This document shows positions 51,395-63,437 of a DNA stretch of 64,000 bases, one piece after another. The notes under the pieces were generated by a model, which saw nothing but the letters and a program-made list of their open reading frames with translations, was not told where the DNA came from and did no database searches. The position numbers were made by a program, and so were the translations under genes. The stretch's first letter is position 1. Every line of letters starts with the position of its first letter. The DNA is from Eledone cirrhosa (taxonomy: Eukaryota), in assembly GCA_964016885.1 (NCBI GenBank), contig OZ024741.1, positions 334,056,001-334,120,000 on the forward strand, in the 5' to 3' direction.

Positions 51395-52932
51395 AAGGAA
51401 TGAACCAGATATTAGAGAAAGGGAAAAGATAGGACAAGGGAATGAATTAGATAATAGAAGAAGGAACAAGTAATGAACTAGATGAAGAGACAGGAAAAGA
51501 GGAATGAACTAGATGATAGAGATAGGAAAAAGGGAATGAACCAGATGATAGAAGAAGGAAAAGGGAATGGATCAGTTGAAAGAGACAGGAAAAAGGGAAT
51601 GGATCAGTTGAAAGAGACAGGAAAAAGGGAATGAACCAGATGATAGAAGAAGGAAAAAGGGAATGGATCAGTTGAAAGAAACAGGAAAAAGGGAATGAAC
51701 CAGATGATAGAAGAAGGAAAAAGGGAATGGATCAGTTGAAAGAGACAGGAAAAAGGGAATGAACCAGATGATAGAAGAAGGAAAAAGGGAATGGATCAGT
51801 TGAAAGAAACAGGAAAAAGGGAATGAACCAGATGATAGAAGAAGGAAAAAGGGAATGGATCAGTTGAAAGAGACAGGAAAAAGGGAATGAACCAGATGAT
51901 AGAGATAGGAAAAAGGAATGAACCAGATGATAGAAGAAGGGAATGAACCAGATGATAGAAGAAGGAAAAAGGGAATGGATCAGTTGAAAGAAACAGGAAA
52001 AAAGGAATGAACCAGATGATAGAAGAAGGAAAAAGGGAATGGATCAGTTGAAAGAAACAGGAAAAAAGGAATGAACCAGATGATAGAAGAAGGAAAAAGG
52101 GAATGGATCAGTTGAAAGAAACAGGAAAAAAGGAATGAACCAGATGATAGAAGAAAGAAAAAGGGAATGGATCAGTTGAAAGAGACAGGAAAAAGGGAAT
52201 GAACCAGATGATAGAAGAAGGAAAAAGGGAATGGATCAGTTGAAAGAAACAGGAAAAAAGGAATGAACCAGATGATAGAAGAAGGAAAAAGGGAATGGAT
52301 CAGTTGAAAGAAACAGGAAAAAAGGAATGAACCAGATGATAGAAGAAGGAAAAAGGGAATGGATCAGTTGAAAGAAACAGGAAAAAAGGAATGAACCAGA
52401 TGATAGAAGAAGGAAAAAGGGAATGGATCAGTTGAAAGAGACAGGAAAAAGGGAATGAACCAGATGATAGAAGAAGGAAAAAGGGAATGGATCAGTTGAA
52501 AGAGACAGGAAAAAAGGAATGAACCAGATGATAGAAGAAGGAAAAAGGGAATGGATCAGTTGAAAGAAACAGGAAAAAAGGAATGAACCAGATGATAGAA
52601 GAAGGAAAAAGGGAATGGATCAGTTGAAAGAAACAGGAAAAAAGGAATGAACCAGATGATAGAAGAAGGAAAAAGGGAATGGATCAGTTGAAAGAAACAG
52701 GAAAAAAGGAATGAACCAGATGATAGAAGAAGGAAAAAGGGAATGGATCAGTTGAAAGAGACAGGAAAAAGGGAATGAACCAGATGATAGAGATAGGAAA
52801 AAGGAATGAACCAGATGATAGAAGAAGGGAATGAACCAGATGATAGAAGAAGAAAAAAGAAATGAACCAGATGAAAGAGGAAGGAAACAGGGAATGAACC
52901 AGATGATAGAGATGGAAAAATGAATGAACTAG
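51395..52932. repeat. Purine-rich minisatellite, 64-bp unit made of two diverged ~32-mers; diverged arms continue at 53030-53262 and 53730-54070
   Basis: GAATGAACCAGATGATAGAAGAAGGAAAAAGG + GAATGGATCAGTTGAAAGA(A/G)ACAGGAAAAA(A/G)G. Confidence 0.92.
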
Positions 52933-53334
52933 GTACATTATTCTATGTACTATACATGCACTTTTGATGTGTTTTAGTGCAGCCGAGCACTGTACACAAT
53001 AATTTTCATTATTTCATTGTTATTATTAGAGAAGAATGAAACAGATTGGAAAAAGGAATTAACAAGTTGATAGAGGAAGGAAAAAGGAAGGAACTAGATG
53101 ATAGAAGAAGGAACAAAAAATGAACTAAATGATAGAGAAGGAAAAAGGAATGGTCTAGAAGGTAGAGAGATGAAAGAGATAAGAAAAAAGAACGAACCAG
53201 TTGATAGAGAATGGAAAAAGGGAATTAACCAAATGATAGAGAAGGAAAAAGGAATGAACTAGGTATATTATTCTATGTACTACACATGCACTTTTGATGT
53301 GTTGTAGTACACCTGAGTACTGTACACAATAATT

Positions 53335-53731
53335 TTGGCAGTATCGGTAGAGGGTCGGACGCCATGCTTTGGCACATAGTTATGGTCCTTTATGGTCTGA
53401 GTTTAAATCCCACCGAGGTTAACTTTGCCATCCTTTCGGGGTCGATAAAATAAAGTACCAGTAATGTACTGGGTAATTGCTGGCCTTGTGCCAAAAGTAG
53501 AAACAATTATTTCATTGTTATTATTATAGAAGAAGGGCAGTGGATTGGCAGTATCGGTAGAGAGTCAGAAGCCATGCTTTGACGCATAGAGTTACGGCCC
53601 TTGCAATTCTGAGTTCAAATCCCGCCGAGGTTAACTTTGCCTTTCATCCTTACGGGGTCGATAAAATAAAGTACCAATAATGCACTGGGTAATTGCTGGC
53701 CTTGTGCCAAAAGTAGAAACAAAAATTATTA
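53335..53731 (+). mobile_element. Two tandem SINEs (3053 family) inserted in the minisatellite
   Basis: Two head-core-tail units, 53335-53510 and 53535-53731. Confidence 0.85.
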
Positions 53732-54204
53732 TAGAAGAAGGAAACAGATTGGAAAAAGGAATTAGCAAGTTGATAGAGGAAGGAAAAAGGAATGATCTTG
53801 ATGATAGAGAGAGGAAAAAGGTGGGGAAAAAGGAATGAACCAAATGAAAGAGAACGGAAAAATGAATGACCGAGTTGATAGAGAAGGCAAAAGGAATGGA
53901 CCACATGATACAAGAAGGAACAAAGAAGGAACCAGATGATAGAGGAAGGAAAATGATAGGAAAAGGAATGAACCAGTTGATAGAGAGAGAGGAAAAAGGT
54001 AGGAAAAAAGAATGAACCATTTGATAGAGAATGGAAAAGGAAATGAACTAGATGATACAGAGGAATGAAATTTGTTAGTAATATTCTCTTGTGAGTGAAA
54101 GAAATAGAAAAAAAAACGTGTTCTGAAATATATTGGAATGAATTTATTTCCTAGATAACAACAGCAGTAGGAATGAAAATATAAATATGACAGCAGTAGG
54201 GGTA

Positions 54205-54362
54205 GTTGTGTGGTGGTGGTTAGAGTGGTAACAGTGGTAGTGGTAGTAGTAGTAGTAGTAGTAGTGGGTGTAATAGTAGTTTTAGTAGTAGTAGTAGTGG
54301 TTGTGGTGGTGGTCGTAGTAGTAGTGGTGGTGGTGGTCGTAGTAGTAGCGGTGGTGGTGGTC

Positions 54363-54394
<32 letters not shown>

Positions 54395-54608
54395 GGTGGT
54401 GGTGGTAGTGGTCGTCGTAATAGTAGTATTAGTAGTAACAGTAGTAATAGGGGTTATAGTGATAGTTGTGCTGGTGGTAGTAGTAACAGTAATGGTGGTG
54501 GTAATGGTAGTGCTGATAACAGTAGTAGTAGTAGTAATGGTATTAGAAGTAGTAACAATGGTCGTGGTAGTAGTGGTGGTGGTGGTGGTGGTGGTAGTAG
54601 TAGTAGTG
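54205..54608. repeat. (GTA/GTG)n trinucleotide repeat
   Basis: Visible; source of the poly-V and poly-T ORFs. Confidence 0.92.
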
Positions 54609-54751
54609 AAAGAGGAAGATGAAACAAAGAAGAATAAAAAGTCTATGAACATGTGCATGTATGTATATGTAGGCATGCATGTGGTGGGAAGAGAAGGGGA
54701 AAGAGATATGTGAGGGGAGGAAGCTTGAATAAAGAGGTGCAATATAATATC

Positions 54752-55143
54752 ATCATGATCATCACCGTTTTACGTCCGTTCTCCCACGCTAGCATGGGTT
54801 AGACGGATTGTCCTGTTGTGGGCAGTGTCCGGTCAGCTGACCATGTCCATGACCACGGGAACTGATTCTGGCTTGATTTCTACAGCTGGATGCCCTTCCT
54901 AACACCAACCCCATTTACAGTGAGTGCTGGGTGCTTTTTTTTCCGTGGCAGCTCCACGACCACTTTGCAGTGGAATGATAGGGACCCCAGTCCCTATCAT
55001 CTCATTTCTACAGCTGAGTAAACTGGAGCAATGTGAAATAAAGTGTCTTGCTCAAGGAAACAACACATCACCCAGTCCGAGAATTGAACTCACAACCTTT
55101 TGATTGCAAGGCCAATGCTCTAACCACTAAGCCATGTGTCTTC
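54752..55143 (-). mobile_element. CORE-like SINE with RTE tail (longer variant)
   Basis: Same head and core as 18605-18946; tail fragment also at ~55808-55985. Confidence 0.85.
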
Positions 55144-55336
55144 ATATAAGAATGATAATTAAGAAGAATGAAAAAAAGTTTGAATATGTAACAAGAGAGA
55201 GGGGAAGGAGGAGACATGAATGGTAGCAGGCAACAGAAGAGTAGCAGATAGAGGCACTCACTTTAGCAATGAAAGTAAAGGAAGTGATTGTTGAATTAGA
55301 AATATGGAAAGGAAAGGGTTAAGTAATCATATTGAT

Positions 55337-55470
55337 GGCCTCCCCACAGCCCCGGCAGTCAGAATGGAGAAGGCGTTTCCCCAGAGGATGGTAAGGGAGA
55401 TGTGCTGGAAGAGCCATTCCAACTTGCGAGGCTCACACCTGCGGCTGGCCAGCTCAGTGCCCATGGTGGT
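55337..55470 (-). mobile_element. CRE-like 3' remnant
   Basis: Minus frame: MGTELASRRCEPRKLEWLFQHISLTILWGNAFSIL. Confidence 0.65.
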
Positions 55471-56134
55471 GAATAGGGAGGAAAAGGGAGTTAGGAAGTG
55501 AGAGTGTGGTATAGAAGAGAAAAGATAAGCAGAGCAAGCAAAATTGAAATAAATGGTTTTGACCAGTGGTTCCCCAACACCTTTCTAATATCCAATACTA
55601 AGAACCCTTCATATTTAGATGAATTTTCCTACAGACCGACCACCTTCCATCTGCTCTTATAACTCCTTTCCCAGATGAATAAAAGAAGAAAAAGAAAAAA
55701 GAGAATGAAGGAGATGAAGGGACAGACTCTACACAAGGTTTACTCAAACTGGGCAATATCGCCCACCAGTGAGTGATTTCAACTGAACAGAAAATGGTGG
55801 TCGATTGGTTCCACGCTAGCATGGGTAAGACAAGTTGTCCTGTTGTTGGCAATGATAGGTCAGATGACCATGTCTTGCTCATACAGAACTGATTTTGGCT
55901 TGGTTTCTATAGCTGGATGCCCTTCCTAATGCCAACCTCATTTACAGTGATTACTGGGTGCTATTTTTTGTGACGCTTACACAACCATTAAATAAGAATA
56001 ACAAACCAGTAAGAAACTTTTACCAAACATTTTTGGTATGCTTTTGAATATTTACTATACAGGTGGGTTGTAAGTAAGTGATGATGCAAAACCGGTTGGG
56101 ATCCCCTGCTCTACATCCCAGTCTGGGTGGTGAT

Positions 56135-56222
56135 CCGGCTGTGCCTCACAGACAGAATGGTGAAGGCATTGCCATGGAGAATAGCCAGCAACACCTGCTG
56201 CAACAGAGCTCCTTCCTCAGAT
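56135..56222 (-). mobile_element. CRE-like 3' remnant
   Basis: Minus frame: EEGALLQQVLLAILHGNAFTIL. Confidence 0.5.
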
Positions 56223-57955
56223 TGTTTATGTAGTGTGTTTTTAATGGAGTACTTGAGTTTTATATAGTGAAAATAGCAATCAAAACAGCGAAAGGTCTAT
56301 ATTTAGAGAAGAATGGATACCCAATGTTTTTAACAAAGTAGTTGTTAGTTTTGAACTTGGCTCATGGATCCCCAGTGCCACATTTGTGGATTCACAGGGG
56401 TTTCTAACCTTTTAGAAACCCAAAAGGCCTCTTATTTAGATGACTTTTCCCATGGAAACACTCTCCTGTCCCATCTCTAACAATACTTCCAGATTGTTAT
56501 ACCGAGAGAATAACAATCAAATGAGAGGAATGTTTATACTTAGGAAAGAATATATATATTATGAAAGAATATATATATTATATATATATTATGTTGTTTA
56601 TAACAAATTGCTTGAAATTGATATACAAAGAGAAAATCAATCGAAAGAAAGAACTGCTAATACTTAAAGAATGGATACCTAATAGTGTGTGCATATGTTT
56701 ATAGCAAAGTACTTGACATATTGTACATAGTTCATGGATTCTACATCAGGAGGTCCACAGAACCCTAGTTGAGAACCACTGGTATGGAATGATATAACAA
56801 GCAAGAATAAGGAGAGGAGAGAGAGAGAATGTATGTGTATATAAGAAAGAGAAAGTTAAGTATGTGTGTGAATATAAGAGGGAAAGAAAGTTAAATTGTA
56901 TGAGTGTGTGTGTATATATATAAAACAGAGAGGGAAAGAATGATAAGTGTGTATGTGTATATATATATTATATAATAAACAAAGTTAAAGTATATATGTT
57001 TGTGTATATAATAGAGAGGGAGAGAATGATATGTGTGTGTGTATATATAATAGACAAGATAAAGTGTATGTGTGTGTATATATAAAAGTGAGAGAGAGAC
57101 AGATAACAGTATATGTGTGTCGGTAAGTGATGGAGAAAGAGTGTGTGAGTGAGATATAAAGACTATGTGTGTATAATTGTAGGAAAGAGAAATAAAGTAT
57201 GTGTGTATGTATGAAAGTGTGTGTGTTTGTGTATGTGAGATAGACAGAAAGGGATGTAGGAAAGATATGATTGAGTAAAAGATGGAAAATGGAGAAAAAA
57301 ATGAAAGATAAAAATGTGAGGGGAAAAGGAAGAAAGAATAAGAGAGATAAATGAGAAATAGAGAGAAGAGAAAGACAAAGAATGAGAAGAGAGAGATAGT
57401 AAGAGAAAATGAGGAATAAAAAGAAAGGGAAAAAACTAAGAATGATAAAAGAGAGAGGGCGAGAGAGTTTAAATGTGGATGTGAAATTGAGAAAAAGACT
57501 AAGAGTTGGTGGTGGGGATGATGTTTGAAGATTCATGAGAGGAGATACAAAAGGTGGGGTGGGAGGGGCTAGATATATCAGTGGTAAGAGTTGATAGAAA
57601 AACAAAACAACAAATAAATAAATAAATAGAGAGAGAGGGGAAGGAAGGGGGAGAAAGATGATGTGTAAATGAAGAGAGCGAGAGTGAGGGGGGATGGTGT
57701 GTAAATGAAGTATAGAAGCTCTGTTATTTCTCTTTCAATTGTGATCAAACTCATTGATAAATAGTTGTTTAAACTACACATCTTTTTTGACAGCTAGAAG
57801 TTTTGTTTAATATTTTCAACACAACAAAAACCATGTGTGTGTGTATGTATGTATATATATATATATATGTAAAAGGTAAACAGAAATAACAACACAATCG
57901 GTACAATATATGGAAGGTATATATTAGGTTAACGCTTGATATAGTAGGAAGAGGG

Positions 57956-57991
57956 TCTTAACGTTTCGGACGCTAGTCCTTCATCAGAAGA
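57956..57991 (-). ncRNA. Minimal type I hammerhead
   Basis: Minus strand: TCTT-CTGATGA-a-GGAC TAGC GTCC-GAAA-CG-TT-AAGA; palindromic AACGTT stem III. Confidence 0.75.
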
Positions 57992-58389
57992 AAGAATGAG
58001 AAATAAAATAGATTGAGGGGATGGGCAGGATGGAATTGGAAAAAATGTCTTTAGATAAAAATAACAGGTCCATTCATGTTGACATCTCTTGCAAAACTGT
58101 TGGTGCTGGCGTTTTGTGTATGATTTAATTTTTAGAAAAGTGGATGATGGAGCGCATCTACCTGAAATGGAAAAAAAGCGTTTGTAAAAAGAGCTATACT
58201 TGGGCACGTGCGTAAGCATGTGTTTGTGTGTGTGTGTGTATAAGGAGACACAAAGCAGGCTTTGTTTAGAAATGGCTGGCGAATTTGAAAATTATGTAGT
58301 AACATGTGCTTATGCCGTATTTGACTAAATAGAATTAGTCTGTTAGTTGGATTTAAAAAAACCCTCTGAATGTAAAAAAAGGATGAGTA

Positions 58390-59104
58390 TTGACTAACGG
58401 TTCAGTACTATACGAACACGCCAGACAAAGACATGATGGTAATATAGACAACATAGAAATTAAAATAATATCTAAACATAGAAATGACTCAACAGGTAGG
58501 CAAATCAGAGAAGCAACTGAGATAGAGCTTAGAAGACCAAAATTAAACAGAAAAAATGAATGGAATAACAACAACCATACCCAAACAAACAATACTGACT
58601 TAAGGGAAATATAAATAAATAAATAAATAAATATATACACAAGTACAATAACAACAAACTCACATAAACACACACTAGTAAACAAAGATAGAATACAAAA
58701 ACATAAACACATAACATAACCTCAAACGCGAACACACACACCAAACGTTATACACACATGCAAATGCATGCGTAGAGACGGAGACAAGAATAAATAAATA
58801 AATAAATAAAATAAAAATGGCGTAGACATTACAGTACAATACAATACAAGGGGAGGAAACATAATAGTACCACTGATGATGTTGCAGATGTGCAACAAAA
58901 GAACTTCGATAGACTATATCTATATATATTTATATCTGTATTTTTAACCATTGGTCAATCAATGATAAACATTGATTGCCAAATAAATTAACTATGGAGA
59001 TATAAAAGATGCAGAAGCGAAAACCAACCAATCAGTGAGTGTGTTCTGTTATTATTTCTGGTAATATTATTACAACAATATGACCCTCCCCAAGTATAAC
59101 AATA
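58390..59104 (+). mobile_element. PLE 3' remnant: GIY-YIG C-terminus, pLTR with degenerate hammerhead, start of next ORF
   Basis: SVLYEH...H.G...RQIREATEI...PKLNRKNEW; CTGATGA 58873-58879 with GTTGCA/TGCAAC stem; ATGACCCTCCCCAAGTATAACAAT before (TA)n. Confidence 0.7.
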
Positions 59105-59256
59105 TATATATATATATATAGATCTACCAACTCATAATATTATAAAATTAAATCCAAAAATGTTTTAACACTACAAGTGAAGTCATTCTTTTCCTTTTTT
59201 CAAATATACCTAACTGTACCAAAGATCTGACGTATTTTCCAATATATATATATATA

Positions 59257-59435
59257 TGGCTAGATCCTCAAGTGATACCAGCCAAGCTTAAGGATGTTAT
59301 CCAACAATCTTGTTCGGGGTCTCCCCTGTGTCTCCTGTCAGTTGGTTTTACCCATAAGATCTGTCCAGGAGACCCCAAACAAGATTGTTGGATATCATCC
59401 TTGAGTTTGGCTGGTATCACTTGGGAATCTAGCCA
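59257..59435. repeat. Inverted repeat, 68-bp arms (MITE or hairpin)
   Basis: 59257-59324 vs 59368-59435, few mismatches. Confidence 0.85.
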
Positions 59436-60376
59436 GATCAATTAGAAATGGTTACTTCTGACAGGACCTAATGTTGAACAGCATGCTTGAGGACTCTGTC
59501 CCCATGACTCTCCCAGGAATAACTCTGCAAAGTTGATATATATATATATATTCATATACATATATATATTCATATACATGCATGAACATGGACACACATA
59601 AATTATATCTATACATACACACACACTCATTACAAGCTTCTTCGTTTCTGTCAACCAAATGTGACACAAGAGGCCCTAGTTGTAGAAGACACTTTCCCAA
59701 GGTATATCACAGTGGGATTGAACGTCCATCTACATGGTTGTGAGGTGAACAGCTTTACCACACAGCCATGCCAAATAAATAAATAAATAAAAGAAGAATC
59801 AAAGAATTTATAGAACGTTGAACAAATAGAACTGTCGTGAGTAATAGAAAGTCTACCATTATGGAATCTTGGCTGTTCAACAGACAATAGTAGAAAAAGA
59901 AGATTTATTCTTGCTAACACACACATTCAATGGTTTCCTTAAGTTCCAGATTTAACATTATAGCCCCCTTTGTCTCACAAGGCACGAAGAACTTATTGAA
60001 TTTTGGCATATTTCATTAGCTGACTTTTACTGCCTGTAAACTGATGCAAACCATCAATAATTTCTTTGGACCCAACAGTTTAGTTCTTTTCTTAACTCAT
60101 AAATTTATTCCTCAGCAAATCTCATTGATTATACGGAGTTAATAGATGTTGAAGCCTCCTTCTTCCATCGCTTTTGCTAATTAATTAGCTACAAATGAAA
60201 GTTAACCCAAATAAAACTGGCAATCAATTCAATGCCCTTAGTGAAATATGGCAAAAAAGTGTACAATGGATCTTTGGGTAAGGAACATCTCTGGTAACAA
60301 ATGACTTTCAATTAACTTGGTAATAAATGAGATCATGTCAACGAACATTTTCCATACAAAAATAAATGAAAGACTT

Positions 60377-60590
60377 TGGTTGTAAAAGGACATTTAGGCT
60401 TGTTCACACCAATTCTGTGTGCAGGTGTATTAGTCTCTTATAAATTAACAACTAAGGTTATAAGAGGACACTTAGGCTTTCTCACACTAATTCTCTGTGC
60501 ATGTGCAATAGTGTCTTACAAATTAACGACTAAGGTTATGAAAGGACATTTAGGCTTGCTCACATTAATCCCATGTGCAGATGTGTTAGT
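60377..60590. repeat. Tandem repeat, 78-bp unit, about 2.7 copies
   Basis: AGGACA(C/T)TTAGGCTT recurs at 78-bp spacing. Confidence 0.8.
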
Positions 60591-60984
60591 ATATTACTTG
60601 GCTAGTTTTTATATTCATTTGGCTTAACTTTATAGGTGGTATTTGTCTTGTAATTATTTAATTTTGTGCCCCTTGATAATTTAGTGACTGTTAAATATAA
60701 GTTCATGCACTTCTATTAATGATATATACACCAAGTAAGACAAAACATATGTAAACAAAATGAAAAGGTGAAAACGAAATTGTTTTCTTTCAGTTTAATC
60801 CTTGTATTTACTGCACAATTATTACATTAGTTACATCTGTATATATACAGTATAGAGGTAACCAAGACTACAGAAATGTGTGTATAAATTTACACATTTT
60901 TTAGTATACCAAATATATGTTTCCTTGTAAATTTAAAACACAATAAATTCCTTTAATCAATTTTTGCACAACTTAATAATTCTT

Positions 60985-61166
60985 TCTACTTTTGGCACAA
61001 GACCAGCAATTACCCCAGTGCATTACTGGTGCTTTATTTTATCGATCCCGTAAGTATGAAAGGCAAAGTTAACCTCAGCGAGATTAACTCAGGCTGTAAA
61101 GGGGCATAAATCCATGCTGCAAACCATGTCATCCAACCCTCTACCAATACTGCCAATCCACTGCCC
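60985..61166 (-). mobile_element. SINE (3053 family)
   Basis: Reverse complement of head, core and tail. Confidence 0.75.
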
Positions 61167-61710
61167 TTAATAATGGTTTCTGATTTAGGCACATTTTGAG
61201 GGAGGATAAAGTCCATTAAAGGTTAACTTTGCCCCCCCCCCCAATTGTCAGCCTTGTGCCTAAATCAGAAACCATTATTATCATTATTGTTGTTGTTGTT
61301 GTTATTAAAGTAACACGAGTAATGAATTCTCTCTTCAGACAAGATATATATATTTCACTTGAATAAGTAAAGAAAAAGAGATCTTTAATAGAACAACAAC
61401 AACAACAACAACAAGACTGTAAAAACATTTACAACACCAAAACAAAAAATCAAAAGAACAAATAAAAATAAAAATAAAAACACACAAACACTCTGCCTAC
61501 TCACATATGAACACACTCCATCTATACACACACAAGTACACTCTCTCTCTACACATATATACACACCCTCTCCTCACACAAACACTCCCTCTATACACAC
61601 CTTCATATTATACACACACATACACACATGCACACAAACAACCTCTACACACAACGCTCACAAAAACACACATTCCCTGTACACTCTTTTTATCTCTACA
61701 CTCACAAATA

Positions 61711-61752
<42 letters not shown>

Positions 61753-62597
61753 CAAACAAACATCTTATCTCACACATGCACAAACAACTTCTCATGCACA
61801 CACTCTCTCTTTCTACACACACACACACACACATACACTCACATACATATATATATACAAAAGTCATAACTAATAGAAAAGGAAATATGAAGACAACAAA
61901 AAACAAAAAAAAGACAAAAATAAACAAATAAAAAAAACAATATGGCCAAAATAGACAGAAGTGTTTCTCAAATGAAAGAATGGTAAAGAAGAAGTAGATA
62001 AAAAAGTTCATGGTTGGCAAAGTAGATTTTAAAAGCAAACTGACTGTTGAGGAATTTCTTGTGAAATGATTAGAAATAGGAGAAGAAAAGCTTTCCCTCA
62101 ATCACAATGGCGATAAAATGAGATGCTTCAATCATTTATTACCTATATACATTTACAGACAGACAGATATATATTATACACTCACACATACATAAATATA
62201 TGTGGGTGTGTGGCTACATATGTATATGTTTATATATCTATATATATATATTATATACACATGTGTATATGTATGTATATGCATATATATATATATATAT
62301 AATACACTTATGTATATATGTACATACATATATTTATATATATATATATATATATATCATCTCTCTTTAACATCTATTTTCCATCTGTATGTGTATATGG
62401 ACACACACACACACACAGACAGGCACACACACATACATACAGGAACACACACACACACACACACACACAGACAGGCACACACACACACACACACACACAG
62501 AGAAATAATTATGGGTGAGTGATAGATTGCTATATTCATAGTTATAAATTTCATGTGTATATAAATGCTTGTATATATGTTTATGTATGAATCAAAC

Positions 62598-62604
62598 ATA
62601 CATA

Positions 62605-62655
<51 letters not shown>

Positions 62656-62716
62656 GTAGATATATATATATATGTATATATATATATGTAGATATATATA
62701 TATATGTATATATATG

Positions 62717-62747
<31 letters not shown>

Positions 62748-63437
62748 GTAGATATATATATATATGTATATATATATGTAGATATATATATATATGTATA
62801 TATATATGTAGATATATATATATGTATATATATATGTAGATATATATATATATGTATATATATATGTATATATATATATATATGTATATATATATGTAGA
62901 TATATATATATATATGTAGATATATATATATATATGTATATATATATGTAGATATATATATATGTATATATATATATGTATATATATATATGTAGATATA
63001 TATATATGTATATATATATATGTAGATATATATATATATGTATATATATATGTAGATATATATATATATGTAGATATATATATATATATATATATGTAGA
63101 TATATATATATATATATGTAGATATATATATATATATATGTAGATATATATATATATATATATGTAGATATATATATATATATATGTAGATATATATATA
63201 TATATATGTAGATATATATATATATATGTAGATATATATATATATATATATATATGTAGATATATATATATATATATATGTAGATATATATATATATATA
63301 TATGTAGATATATATATATATATATATGTAGATATATATATATATGTAGATATATATATATGTAGATATATATATATATGTAGATATATATATATATGTG
63401 TATATATATATATATATGTGTATATATATATATATAT
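62598..63437. repeat. Long (TA)n array punctuated by TGTAGA
   Basis: Visible. Confidence 0.95.

Noticed and set aside
51500-52930. CRISPR-like periodicity (also 2229-2577, 60377-60590)
   Set aside because: No unique spacers, eukaryotic context, no cas genes
53762-54742. 326-aa poly-Thr mucin-like ORF and the opposite poly-Val ORF
   Set aside because: Generated by the (GTA/GTG)n repeat and the minisatellite; no splice or domain support
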